64,000 nucleotides of DNA from Octopus vulgaris (Eukaryota): positions 75,268,001 to 75,332,000 of the forward strand of contig OX597826.1 of the NCBI GenBank assembly GCA_951406725.2, read 5' to 3'. Numbering within the stretch: position 1 is the stretch's first letter; each line of letters starts with the position of its first letter. A program made the position numbers and the translations under genes. This document shows, piece by piece, positions 12,105 through 24,319 of this stretch. Below the pieces are notes generated by a model. It made no database searches and had not been told where the DNA came from. It saw nothing but the letters and a program-made list of their open reading frames with translations.

Positions 12105-12801
12105 AAATATAGTCCTCTCCCTCTATATATATATATATTGGAGCCTGGTGCAGCCATCTGGTTCGCCAGTCCTCAGTCAAATCGTCCAACCCATGCTAGC
12201 ATGGAAAGCGGACGCTAAATGATGATGATGACGCACACACACACACACACACACACACGAAAAAATTTAATGATACACAAGAGTTCAGTTGTTCAGGTAA
12301 AGGTTTACTTTTACAATTTATAACAAATTTTTGCTTTAGAATCTACTGTTTAATTACATCTTTCTCTTTTTCTTATTGTTTCAGGATACAAGCTGATACT
12401 GGCAGAAAAAAAAAAAAAGAAGAAAATTATATTCATATTAGAAGCATCCTCAACGTTTATGGGGTTTTAAAAACTAAAGATGTTATACAGAACCAATACG
12501 ACCATGTTTTTATAAATCTGGCAAAAGGTTTTCTCCGGTTGAGAATATTGGCAACCTTTGTGTAAATCAACTGTTTAGAATGTGTACGGGATAATTTTGC
12601 ATTCTAAATAGACTTAGATATTTTTTTTATAAAGGACCTTGCAGCATAGATTGCAGTTGATGGAAACAGCAAAAGGAATGTTTGTTAGAAGTGAATTATA
12701 GAAAGGAAAACAACAAACTTATTCACATATTGTGGTGAGAGAAGAAACTTTGTTAAATGAATTGAAAGACTGATTTTTTTTATTCTTCTTATTCTTCAGA
12801 G

Positions 12802-13869
12802 ATGGCAAAAAAATTAGGGAAATCTTCATATGTGTGTTGTATCTGTGAAAAGTCATTCTCTTCGAAAGGTCATCTTACTACTCATATACGTACTCATACG
12901 GGAGAGAAACCATATCACTGTGATATCTGTGGTAAGACATTCTCTCGAAAGGATGAACTGACTACTCACATACGCATTCATACAGGAGAGAAGCCATATC
13001 ATTGTGATATCTGTGGTCATTCATTCACTCGTAGAGATATTTTAACTACACACATACGCATTCACACGGGAGAGAAACCATATCAATGTAACATGTGCAG
13101 CAAATCATTCTCTAAAAGTACCAATTTGACCGATCACAAACGCATTCATACTGGAGAAAAACCTTATCAATGTAATTTTTGTGGGAGATCATTTAATCAA
13201 AGTAATCAGCTAATTAAACACAAACGTATTCATACAGGAGAAAAGCCATATCACTGTGATGTGTGTGGTGAGTCATATCCTCGAAATGACGAGTTAACTG
13301 CTCACAAATATATTCATACAGGTGAGAAACCATATCAGTGCGATACCTGTGGAAAATCATTCCGTCGAAATGGTGATTTAACTATTCACAAACGCTCTCA
13401 TACAGGTGAAAAACGCTTTTATTGTGATGTTTGTGGTACGGGATTCAGCCAGAGTAATGATTTAAGGGGACATATTCGCACGCATACTGGGGAAAAACCG
13501 TATCGGTGTGATATCTGTGACAAATCATTCACTCGAGGGGATGAGTTAACCGTCCACAAAAACCTTCATGCAGGAGAGAAGCCACATCAGTGCGATATCT
13601 GTGGGAAATCATTCAGTCGAAAATACGATGTAACTACACACAAATCCATTCATAGTGGAGTGAGGCCGCATCAGTGTGACATCTGTGGGAAATCATTTCT
13701 TCGCAAAAATCAACTGACCACTCACAAACGTAGTCATACTGGAGAGAAACCATATCATTGTTATAATTGTGGTCAGTCGTTCAGTTACAGTTATCGGTTA
13801 ACTCAGCACAAATGTATTGGTACGGGAGAAAATGTGTATCATAATATTTTTGATAAACCATTGTCTTAA
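12802..13869 (+). CDS. C2H2 zinc-finger protein, paralogue 2 (355 aa; 11 canonical + 1 degenerate finger)
   Basis: Intact [12 protein letters not shown]..., TGEKP linkers, fingers 1 and 3-5 match the other paralogues. Confidence 0.95.
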   Translation: MAKKLGKSSYVCCICEKSFSSKGHLTTHIRTHTGEKPYHCDICGKTFSRKDELTTHIRIHTGEKPYHCDICGHSFTRRDILTTHIRIHTGEKPYQCNMCSKSFSKSTNLTDHKRIHTGEKPYQCNFCGRSFNQSNQLIKHKRIHTGEKPYHCDVCGESYPRNDELTAHKYIHTGEKPYQCDTCGKSFRRNGDLTIHKRSHTGEKRFYCDVCGTGFSQSNDLRGHIRTHTGEKPYRCDICDKSFTRGDELTVHKNLHAGEKPHQCDICGKSFSRKYDVTTHKSIHSGVRPHQCDICGKSFLRKNQLTTHKRSHTGEKPYHCYNCGQSFSYSYRLTQHKCIGTGENVYHNIFDKPLS

Positions 13870-14338
13870 TTTGATTAAATTATTCACATTTGTATCTATA
13901 CATGAGAGAAAATGCATCACTTTATTTGTAGTATTTCATTATACTATAATTGGACCCTTGCGTGTCTTATACATAACTGAATTCTATGTGTATTTCTCGT
14001 GTATTTTAATGCACGTCCTTTTATGTTATGTATATTATTGTTTATTAATTTTTTGTATGTATTCCATACATTCTGATTAATTCTGTTGTTAGTAATAATA
14101 TCTATAAGCTTATCTGTGGTATGGTTCTGTCATGGTGAAACTTAATATAAATTTGTGATTGTATTATTAAACTTTACCTAAATACAAAATGTGTGGAACA
14201 ATCTTTGAATTATCAATGTTTTTATGTCCATTTTATGGAATGTGTTGGACCACATTTTGTCATTTCAAGTGTAAATCTCAAATTCCAGAGTTCTGACTGC
14301 ACCAATCTTTGTGAATATTTATAATGATTTCAAATGTA

Positions 14339-14344
14339 AATAAA
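14339..14344 (+). terminator. Putative poly(A) signal of ZNF paralogue 2
   Basis: AATAAA at the position aligned with 4788 and 33886. Confidence 0.55.
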
Positions 14345-14540
14345 ACTGGTTTACTCTTAAAATTATTCTTCTCTTATTTTTTATTTGGAACATCTTCCAA
14401 ATTCTTGTTTTGATCTCAGCTATAAATTATGCATAGAATTCACTGACTTGATCAATGCATGAGAAAGTTGCATGATTTCTGAACTGATTTTCATTAACTG
14501 TTTACTTCAAACCTATAAATTTGATGTTATGAGGAACTGG

Positions 14541-14922
14541 TGGAAGCACCCCGTCGGTTACGACGACGAGGGTTCCAGTTGATCCGATCAACGGAACAGC
14601 CTGCTCGTGAAATTAACGTGTAAGTGGCTGAGCACTCCACAGACACGTGTACCCTTAACGTAGTTCTCGGGGATATTCAGCGTGACACAGAGTGTGACAA
14701 GGCTGGCCCTTTGAAATACAGGTACAACAGAAACAGGAAGTAAGAGTGAGAGAAAGTTGTGGTGAAAGAGTACAGCAGGGATCACCACCATCCCCTGCCG
14801 GAGCCTCGTGGAGCTTTAGGTGTTTTCGCTCAATAAACACTCACAACACCCGGTCTGGGAATCGAAACTGCGATCCTACGACCGCGAGTCCGCTGCCCTA
14901 ACCACTGGGCCATTGCGCCTCC
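14541..14922 (-). mobile_element. tRNA-derived SINE, family B, full length with 11-bp TSD
   Basis: A-box TGGCCCAGTGGTTAG and B-box GTTTCGATTCC; TSD atgaggaactg/ataaggaactg; empty site visible in unit 1 near 5000. Confidence 0.9.
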
Positions 14923-15890
14923 ACATAAGGAACTGAATAAGATATAAATAACAAGATGATATTGTAGGTGAAATGGTGATGATGGTGGCTTTGTAGTGGA
15001 GCTGTGATATAGTGAGTTGGTTGATGAGAGCCAAGCGAGAGGCTGTCTAAGGACAAGATATTTCTCATTCTCAGATAATATTAAAATATGATTTCATCAT
15101 TTTACATGCATTTTAAATACATATTGTAGCATAGAAACTTACATATGTGATTGTTATTTGTATCGAGAACAAACCACATAATACAGAAACTGTTTGAGTC
15201 ATTGCTACACCGGGCGAAATGCGTGGCCGTATTTCGTCTGCCGTTACGTTCTGGGTTCAAATTCCGCTGAGGCCGACTTTGCTTTCATCCTTTCGGGGTC
15301 ATTAAATTAAGTACCAGTTACATACTGGGGTTGATATAATCGACTTAATCCATTTGTCTGTCCTTGTTTGTCCCCTCTGTGTTTTGCCCCTTGTGGGCAG
15401 TAAAGAAATGTATATTCAGAAGCAGAATAAATGAATTGCTGGAAATCTTATTTTGTTAGCATTGTGTAGAAAGTATTTTTCAAAACATCGATGGACAACA
15501 GTTTCTCATCAGCTCAAAAATAATGAAAACATTTTTCAGGAAGAATGTGCACATGCTAATATTCACAGCTGTAAACAAAGGTCTTTGATTTCATTATTTA
15601 ACCATGTTTGGACAAATGTCTTTGAACTGAGTTTAGTTTGGATAAATCTTCAAACAGGATTAGTGCTTTTCTTCAGTCTTCCTTATTTCTAGCAGTGGAA
15701 TTGGTGGAGACAATAAAGCTGAGAATAATGGATAGAATTTGAATTTTGAGTTGAGTAAAAGAATATTTGTGAAGTGAAGTGGTGGGGAGTAGCATATATC
15801 AACCCCGATATATTACTGTTAATTATTAACCCCAGTCGAACCTGTCAGGAATTATAAAGCAAGTTAACATCAAGACTGAACCCGGAACCA

Positions 15891-16443
15891 TGTGGTTCCA
15901 GGTTCAGTTCCACTGTGTGGCATCTTGAGCAAGTGTCTTCTGCTTTAGCCTCAGGCTGACCAAAGCCTTGTCAGTGGATCTGGTAGATGGAAACTGAAAG
16001 AAGCTTGTCATGTATATACACACACGTGTGTGTGTGTGTCCTGCCCCCACTGCTTGACAACCAGTATTAATGTTTATGTCCCTGTAACTTAGTGGTTTCA
16101 CAAAAGAGAACAATAGACTACTAGACTTAAAAGAAAATAGGTACTGAGGTCAATTCATGCAACCAAAAATCCCTCGGGTTGGTGCCCCAGCATGGCCAAA
16201 GTCTAATGACTGAAGCAAAAGAAATATATATAGGCACAGGAGTGGCTGTGTGGTAAGTAGCTTGCTTCCAAACCACATGGTTCTGGGTTCAGTCCCACTG
16301 CATGGCACCTTGGGCAAGTGTCTTCTACTATATAGCCTTGGGTCGACCAAAGCCTTATGAGTGGATTTGGTAGATGGAAACTGAAAGAAGCCAGTGAAAG
16401 ATGTATGTAAATGTGTGTATGTTTGTGTGTCTGCGTTTGTCCC
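15891..16443 (+). mobile_element. Two adjacent family-A SINE fragments
   Basis: Homology to 29373-29788. Confidence 0.75.
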
Positions 16444-16546
16444 AATTTTCGTGTCTGTAGGTTGTGCCATTTGCCTGCGGTAACACATTAAGTACAGACG
16501 TGAAGAGAGTGTTGTGCGATTTTTCTTTTCTTTTTTTTGAGTGAAG

Positions 16547-16730
16547 ATGACTGAGTAAAGATACTGCATCAAATTCTGCCAAAAACTTGGTGATAGGCAA
16601 ACTGAGACTTTCGAGAAAATTCAGAAGACCTTTTGAGATGATTCTAAGGGAAAAACACAAAGGAGTGGCACAACTGGTTCAAAGGTGGCTGCAACTCAGT
16701 GGACAGTAAGCCATTTTGTGACAGACCATT
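16547..16730 (+). mobile_element. Mariner transposase N-terminal relic
   Basis: MTE*RYCIKFCQKLGD..TET..KIQK.F.DD....TQ/KEWHNWFKGG..SV....C.RP; mariner HTH region with stops and a frameshift. Confidence 0.8.
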
Positions 16731-17051
16731 TGATTAGCAGAAGAGTGGAGAATAACGTAAATCTCTCTCAGCAAACATCATTTGTCAATATTTATTAGTG
16801 GCAGAATCATCATTGCATCATAAAAAAATGTTTTGCCTTATTTTTCTTTGCTCTTTGTGAGTCCAAATTTTGCAAAGGTCAGTTTTACCGTTCATCACTC
16901 TGAGGTCTGAGATCTTCTCTCAAAATTGCTGGCTTTGTGCCTAAATTAGAAACAATTATTCATTATCCTCAGACTTGCTGAGCAGACATCTGATCAAAGA
17001 TATTCCAGCCATAACAATTCAGTTCTTTTCTGTAGCATAGTATATCTTTTC

Positions 17052-17447
17052 TCCTCCAGGCACAAGGCCTGAAATTTTTTTGGGGCGCAGGGCCAGTCGA
17101 TTAGATCGACTCCAGCACGCAACTGGTACTTAGTTTATCGACCCCGAAAGGATGAAAGACAAAGTCAACCTCAGCGGAATTTGAACTCAGAATGTAACGG
17201 CAGACGAAGTACCTATTTCTTTACTACCCACAAAGGGCTAAACACAGAGGGGATAAACAAGGACAGAGACACGGATTAAGTCGATTATATCAACCCTAGT
17301 GTATAACTGGTATTTATTTAATCGACCCCGAAAGGATGAAAGGCAAAGTCGACCTCGGCGGTATTTGAACTCAGAACGTAACAGCAGACGAAATACGGCT
17401 ACGCTTTTCGCCCGGAGTGCTAACGTTTCTGCCAGCTCGCTGCCCTT
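17052..17447 (-). mobile_element. Family-C SINE dimer
   Basis: Core present twice; same junction as 51180-51502. Confidence 0.8.
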
Positions 17448-17880
17448 CTGTAGCATAGTATATGAAGAATACATTATTGAATAGATAAGTAAAGGTGCGT
17501 GGCTTAGGGGTTAGGTTATTCGACTCATGATCGTGAGGTAATATGAGTAATAACTGCATTTCAAAGGGTTTAGGCTTGTCACATTGAGCCACGCTGTATC
17601 TCCCTGAGAACTACATCGAAGGTACGCGTGTTTTATGAAGTGTTCAGCCACTCGTACGTTCATTTCACGCTAGGATCAAATGGAACACTCGTCGTCGTAA
17701 CGAAGAACCAGTTTATTGAATACAGTCCTCCAATTCAAGGCTGAAATATATAATCCGAGGGAAAATCAGGCTGCTGTTTCTAGTAGGTCATCTATAGCTG
17801 TTCCCTTGCTGCTATGTAGTTTTTAAACCCTGGGAAACTTAACATTTTGTTCACCTGTTGGTCACATTGCATTTCAGTTT

Positions 17881-18081
17881 TCTTTTATTTATTCGTTACA
17901 TAATAGCTACTTAAAAAAGGGCCGTTATCAAATTTTATACGAAACAGTGGCTGACAATCAATCTCAAAGTGTGTCCATATATTCTTTTATATTTTTAATT
18001 AGAAACGAATTTCTTGATTATTTTCTGGCGAAGAAATTCCAACTTAATCGATTCTATTTGCGAAATATAAAATAAAAAGAA
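17881..18081 (+). promoter_or_regulatory. Putative promoter + non-coding exon 1 of ZNF paralogue 3 (donor GTAAGT at 18082)
   Basis: High similarity to 7633-7849; homology continues ~600 bp into the intron. Confidence 0.65.
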
Positions 18082-18978
18082 GTAAGTATTTAATGTCTTT
18101 AAATCTATATAAAATATTTTTGCACTGATGGGTTTATGAAAAGGTCAACGAAACGGGAACCTGTTTTTTTTTAATTATCTCATAGAACAGAAATTACGAT
18201 TCTGAAAAGTTTTATCTTAAAATTTTAATTTCTTATTTTTGCTCCCTTTTCCCCAATTCTCTGTCCCTTTCCTTCACCATGAAGTACTGATTGCTATTTC
18301 GAAACATTGCCATTTTCAATATTTCATTTCATTTTTTTTTATACGGGTAAATTGTTGAGCAGGGCACTCCAATATTATGTTGTGGGGCACCTGAGCACTG
18401 TATACAATAATTTTATCATTATATTTTCCCTCCACCTCTACTTTTCGTGTCCGCTCATAAGCTACACTGTCTACACCGAATAGAATTCCTACCGACTGTT
18501 TTCCTGTATTTCGAGCATGGCTATATCCCTGTTAAGATCAGGGTCTTGTCTTCTTTCCTACTTGCTAATAATGCTTTTAATCTTTGCTAAATTCACTTTG
18601 TGGTTTCGATTCTGGGCTTTGTTTCAATGACTGGAAATTCTTTTCTAATTCTACAGATTCTAATTCTATAGGAACTAGGTGATAGCGATGCTGCTATGCC
18701 AGTTATCGGTTATGATGGACTAAGTACCAGTTACGCACTGGGGAACAATATAATCGACTTAATCCGTTTGTCTGTCCTTGTTTGTCCCCTCTGTGTTTAG
18801 CTCCTTGTGGGTAGTAAAGAAATAGGTTATGAAGGACTCGTATACCCAGAGACTAATCCATTCCCCACCCACCCAGACAGGTTTAGCTTCTCAGTACATA
18901 TTAGTTTTTTTTTTATAGCGATTGAAACATCTATCACTTCAAAGATTTCTTTGTAGCTATGCCTTTGGTCCTTTAGAG

Positions 18979-19179
18979 CAGTGGTTTTCAACCAGGGTTC
19001 CGCCAGTACAGTCCAGGGGTTCCGCAAGAAGTTACAAAACTGTTAAAATCGACAGTAATTTTTAATTCTCCTGTGCAGATATGTGTGCATAAGACTATTA
19101 AATTATTGCACAGGGGTTCCTCGAGCTAGTGGAATGTTTCCTTGGGGTTCCGCTCCAGCAAAAAGTTTGAAAAGCACTG
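18979..19179. mobile_element. hAT (Buster/Charlie-type) MITE
   Basis: TIRs cagtggttttcaac / tttgaaaagcactg; perfect 8-bp TSD CTTTAGAG. Confidence 0.9.
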
Positions 19180-19431
19180 CTTTAGAGTTTAAACAAACTT
19201 CTAGCCTAGCCTAAATCGTCAGTAGGCTTATAGGAACAACATCTTTTAATTTGATTTTCCGTCTTGAACATCAGCTGTTTGTCCATTTCGTGGATAGCCC
19301 CTTATTCCTTCTTTGTCATAATCATTGCGCATGGCAAGCGAAAGGTTTATTGGACCCAAAGTTTTAGCATAACTACAGATGCGTGCTCCTCTCTCTTAAT
19401 TTGTTTCCTCATAACTTCCTGAATATTTTAC

Positions 19432-19708
19432 AACGAAAACAATTGCAGCGTGGAAGGTGTTTGTAAGCCATTTAAGAAACACACAAAAACCGTTCGATTC
19501 ACTTCAACATTTAAATTTAATTTGTCAAAATATTTTCGTCTCTTTGAGATCGCGACCTGTTCACTGACAAAACTTCGTGCAGCATAATTGAATCTAACGG
19601 TTTTGTGTGTTTCTTAAATGGCTTATAAACACCTTCCACGCTGCAATTGTTTTCGTTCCAGCACACGATCTTAGATCAGGTCACTTGCTATGAAGTACAT
19701 CTCCGTAA
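19432..19708 (-). mobile_element. Penelope-like inverted pseudo-LTR remnant
   Basis: ~70-bp inverted arms (19432-19501 / 19588-19657) around a hammerhead-like motif; flanking direct repeat tttacaacgaa. Confidence 0.6.
19521..19571 (-). ncRNA. Minimal type-I hammerhead-ribozyme-like motif, G3-C8 variant
   Basis: uuuguca GUGAACA g gucgc-loop-gagac GAAA AUAU UU ugacaaa; 7-bp stem I. Confidence 0.6.
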
Positions 19709-19823
19709 TTTACAACGAAGTTTATGACAAATAGTTTTCAGATAGTATAGATTACAGTTATCTTTTCTTGTTTCAGTCATTGGACTGCGGCCATGTTGGG
19801 GCACTACCTCGAAGGGTCTAGTT

Positions 19824-19976
19824 CAGTGGTGGTTCCCAACCTTTTCACTACCAAGGACCCCTTTTATTTAAATGAGTTTTCCCACTGACTCCAGGATATT
19901 GAGAGGTCTGTCAGCTTAGCATGTTCACGGAGCCCTAGTACGGTTACCTTTGCGGACCACAGGTTGGGACCATCTG
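19824..19976. mobile_element. hAT-type MITE nested in a family-A SINE
   Basis: TIR-like cagtggtggttcccaacc / ggttgggaccatctg; TSD gtctagtt/gtctagtc. Confidence 0.75.
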
Positions 19977-20064
19977 GTCTAGTCTAACAAATCGACCCCA
20001 GTACTTATTTTTTATTAAAACCTCGTACTTTTTGTCGCACCACAACCCTTACCTTTTTCCAAGC

Positions 20065-20493
20065 TTTTATGTGCCACCGGCATGAGGGCCAGTCAGGTGG
20101 TACTGGCAACAGCCACGCTCAAATGGTGTTTTTTACGTGCCACCTGCACAGGAACCAGTCCAGCGGCACTAGCAACAACCTCACTCGAATGTTTTCTAAC
20201 GTGCCAGTAAGGCAACGCTGGTAATGATCACGCTTGAATGGTGCTTTTTACTTGCCTTCATCACAGAAGCCAGTTAGCTGCTCTGCAAAGATTACACTCG
20301 GATGGTGCTCTTAGCGCTCATCTAGCACGGATGCCAGTCATCGAATTTGATTTTGATTTCACTTGCCTCAACAGGTCTTCACAAGCAGAGTTACATGTCC
20401 AATGAAGGAAAGGTACACATAAGTGGACTGGTTACACCCCTGGCATAGGCCATGGGTTATGGTCTCACTTGGCTTGCTGGGTCTTCTCAAGCT
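20065..20493 (-). mobile_element. RTE-3'UTR-related element
   Basis: Repeated ggtgcttttta(c/t)gtgcc motifs and ttgattttgatt...gcctcaacaggtct shared with 25860-26090. Confidence 0.6.
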
Positions 20494-20603
20494 GTCAAAG
20501 TTTACCATATACCTTACCACAAATTTCATACTTGACAACCCAATAGTATTTACATTTGGCATAAGCCCATAACCCTTCCACATAAATTTTCGTTTCGTCA
20601 AGA

Positions 20604-20640
20604 CTATTGAAAAGGTTGCAAGACGCAACGAAAATTTTAG
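20604..20640 (+). ncRNA. Minimal type-I hammerhead-ribozyme-like motif, U3-A8 variant
   Basis: cua UUGAAAA g guugc-aagac-gcaac GAAA AU UU uag; perfect 5-bp stem II. Confidence 0.55.
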
Positions 20641-20733
20641 GAAAATAAAAATAAGAAATAAGTGGAAATTTTACCAGTGAGTGTGTAACATTATAAGGCA
20701 CAAAAAGAAAATGACTCTCCCCAGACACAACAG

Positions 20734-20771
<38 letters not shown>

Positions 20772-20930
20772 TTCACACACACACCACTGAACTTGTAATG
20801 AAAATTACACAGTTATGTTTCGAAAACATTTCACCCAATCAAATTTAAATGCTTATTCGTTGATTTAAATTATATCACATAACATTAATGTACCTGTACA
20901 ATCATGATTTAAATTCAGTATTCATTGCAG

Positions 20931-20969
20931 CTGTCTGACGGATGGGAATGTGAAACTCTTGAGTATCAG
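20931..20969 (+). ncRNA. Decayed minimal hammerhead-like motif (C3-G8, A9G)
   Basis: cugu CUGACGG aug-ggaa-ugu GAAACUC-uu-GAGUA ucag. Confidence 0.5.
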
Positions 20970-21532
20970 TTCTGTGACAATTTTGCAGCTTTAATAAAAA
21001 GTATATATATATAAAATTGTAGTGATGTGTGACTGGTTAGCTGAAAATTTACTTCTACAATTTATAGAAATGAAATAAAATTTCTGCTATAAAATCTCTA
21101 TTGTTTAAATATTCTCTATATCTTACACTGTTTCTCTTATTATTTTCAGGATACTAGCTGACATAAAAATTATATTTACATCAGAAGCATCCTCAATATT
21201 TATCATCTTTTCAAGGCAAAGGAATATGTTATACAGAAGAAATATAACCATGCTTATATAAGTCTGGTGAATTATGGCGAAATATTGCTTCTGACTAAAA
21301 TTATTAACATTTGTGTAATTCACTGTCTGGAATTAGTACAAAATAATTTTGCATTCTAAATAGACTCAGATAAATTTATAAAGGTCTTTGCAGTTTGATA
21401 GACATATAGCAGAAGGAATATTTGTTGGAAATAAATTATATAAAAGGAAAACAAGCAACATATATACTGTGGTGTGAGAAGAAAAGTTTTTTGGTTAAAT
21501 GAGTTGAAAGATTGAGTTTTTATCCCGAAGAA

Positions 21533-22519
21533 ATGGCAAAAAACTTAGCAAAGTCTTCATATGAATGTGATATCTGTAAAAAGTCATTCACTACAAAAGG
21601 CCATCTTACTACTCATGTACGTATTCATACAGGAGAGAAACCATATCACTGTGATATCTGTGGGAAGTCATTCAATCAGAATGGTGAGTTAACTATTCAT
21701 AAACGTCTTCATACGGGAGAGAAACCATATCAGTGTGATATCTGTGGTCAATCATTCACTCGTAAAGATATTTTAACTACACACAGACGTATTCACACAG
21801 GAGAGAAACCATATCAGTGTGATATGTGCTGTAAATCCTTCTCTAAAAGTACTAACTTAACCGATCACAAACGCATTCATACCGGAGAAAAGCCATACCA
21901 ATGTGATTTCTGTGGTAAATCATTCAATCAAAATAACCAGTTAATTAAACACAAGCGTATTCATACGGGAGAAAAGCCTTATCACTGTGATATCTGTGAC
22001 AAATCATTCTCTCGAAATGATGAATTAATTGCTCACAAACACATTCATACAGGTGAGAAGCCTTATCAGTGTGATACCTGTGGTAAGTCATACCCTCGAA
22101 ATAATCAATTAACTACCCACAAGCGCACCCATACTGGAGAAAAACGGTTTCATTGCGATATTTGTGGTAAAGCATTCTCTCATAGTAACGTTTTAAAGGG
22201 ACACAAACGCATTCATACTGGGGAGAAGCCCTATCACTGTGATATCTGTGACAAATCCTTCTCACGAAATGATGAATTAACCATTCACAAACATGTTCAT
22301 ACAGGAGAGAAACCGTATCAGTGTGACATGTGCAGTAAGTCATACCGTCGCAAAAACCAATTAACTGCTCACCGACGTATCCATACAGGAGAAAATCCAT
22401 ATCGTTGTGACAACTGTGGTAAATCATTCTCTCACAGTGGTCGGTTAGCTAAGCACAAATGTAACAGTGTAAGAGAAAAACTATATCACCGGAATATTTG
22501 TGGTAAATCATTCTCTTAA
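21533..22519 (+). CDS. C2H2 zinc-finger protein, paralogue 3 (328 aa; 10 canonical + 1 degenerate finger)
   Basis: ATG at 21533 (MAKNLAKSS); same length and finger 1-6 pattern as paralogue 1. Confidence 0.95.
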   Translation: MAKNLAKSSYECDICKKSFTTKGHLTTHVRIHTGEKPYHCDICGKSFNQNGELTIHKRLHTGEKPYQCDICGQSFTRKDILTTHRRIHTGEKPYQCDMCCKSFSKSTNLTDHKRIHTGEKPYQCDFCGKSFNQNNQLIKHKRIHTGEKPYHCDICDKSFSRNDELIAHKHIHTGEKPYQCDTCGKSYPRNNQLTTHKRTHTGEKRFHCDICGKAFSHSNVLKGHKRIHTGEKPYHCDICDKSFSRNDELTIHKHVHTGEKPYQCDMCSKSYRRKNQLTAHRRIHTGENPYRCDNCGKSFSHSGRLAKHKCNSVREKLYHRNICGKSFS

Positions 22520-22724
22520 ACATGACAATTATTCCCATCTGTATTCTTACATGAAAGAAAACACATCACTTTGTTATTTGTACTCTCTCTTCATACTATA
22601 ATTGGATCTAATTATATTTTATATTCAACTGAACTGTATATATATATATTTTTTATGTATTCTCGTATATTCTTGTTTTGTTATTTTTTTTATGCATTCT
22701 TGTTTTGTTATTTTTTTTATGCAT

Positions 22725-23078
22725 TGACAGAGTGGCCAACCGGCTTCCGTGCCAGTGGCACTTAAAAGACACCATCCGAGCATGACCGTTACCAGCATCG
22801 CCTTACTGGCACCTGTGCTGGTAGCATGTGTAAAAGATTCGAGCGAGGTCGTTGCCAGTACCGCCTGACTGGCACTCATGCCGGTGGCACATAAAAACAC
22901 CCACTACACTCGGAGTGGTTGGCGTTAGGAAGGGCTTCCAGCTGTAGAAACTCTGCCAGATCAAGATTGAAGCCTGGTGCAGCCATCTGGTTCGCCAGCC
23001 CTCAGTCAAATCGTCCAACCCATGGAAAGCAGACGTTAAACTGCATGGAAAGCAGACGTTAAACAATGATGATGATGA
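22725..23078 (+). mobile_element. RTE-tail element in the ZNF3 3' UTR
   Basis: gagtggttggcgttaggaaggg...gacgttaaacaatgatgatgat tail. Confidence 0.75.
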
Positions 23079-24319
23079 TTCCATCAGATGACTAATTTTA
23101 TTTGTAATATGAACAGTTTTATCTATGGTCCCTTCATGACTGTATTGTGGCAATAAATATTAATTTGTCAATGTAGCGTTAAACTTTAAATAAATGCAAG
23201 GTGTTTAGAGTAATCTTTGAATTATCCTTAACGGTGTTTTTTTGCCCGTTGTATACAGGTATGTATTGGTTGACGTGAGACAAGTCAGAGGCTGTCCAAG
23301 GACAAGATATTTCCCATTTTCAGTTAATGTTAAAATGTGCTTTCATCACCATTTTCACATTTCCTTAAAATACATATTGGGGTATCGAAACTTACGTGTG
23401 TGGTGTCTCTCAAGAACAATCAACACAGCAACACAAATGTTGCATATAAGAAATTCCAGTTTTCAGAGGCAGAATAACTTAATTGCTGGAAATCTTATTT
23501 GTTGCTTTGAGGAATGCTGTTAGCATTGTATGAAAAGTAATTTTCAAAACATTGATGTTTTGGATGGGCAACATTTCTCATTCAATCACACTCAGTGCAA
23601 ATGTTTTTCAGTAAGAATGTGCACATCCTAACATTTACAGTTGTATTTAACCATGTTTTGGGTGAAATGAATATTATTTGAATTGATAATAATAATAATA
23701 GTGACAACAGTAATAATAAGAATGACAGTAATGATGATGATAATAATAATAATAATCCTTCCTACTGAAGGCACAAGGTCTGAAATTTTGGAGGAGAGGA
23801 CTAATTGATTACATCGACCCCATTGTTTCACTGGTACTTCTTATATTGATCCCCAAAATGTTTCTGGTTTCTGAAACAATTATTTTTATGATGAATTACT
23901 TCTCAGTAAATGCAAAACAAGGAAGACATTTTTTAACGTTAAAAAGAAAGCCTTAAGTCCTTAACTGGGAACATTTTACAATAAATAGAAGTGAATAGAG
24001 TTATGTAACCAGGAAGCATTGACTGCAATTTAAGACAAATTAAAAATTACACATAAAATTATGACACGAATGATGAAAAAATTCCAAGATGCTATGGATC
24101 CAGAAGTGGTTTCACTTGCCCTGCCTTTAATCAATTTGGTTCTTTCAAAAGCTGATTTTGTTACACAAGATAAAATGCAATGTGTTTATATGCATGAAGT
24201 TTTGTTAACCCTCTCTGAGTATTCCTTTTGTTTATGCTCAAAGATGAGCACATTAGCTGTTGAGTCACTTTGGATAGATTGCTCAGTGGTTATGGTACAC
24301 TGTTACTGTTTGTGGTTAT

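Noticed and set aside
14850-14922. tRNA-like sequence
   Set aside because: Head of a multi-copy SINE with body and TSD; not a tRNA gene.
22113-22427. Antisense ORFs over zinc-finger genes (also 32159-32473)
   Set aside because: Shadow frames of the repetitive finger codons.
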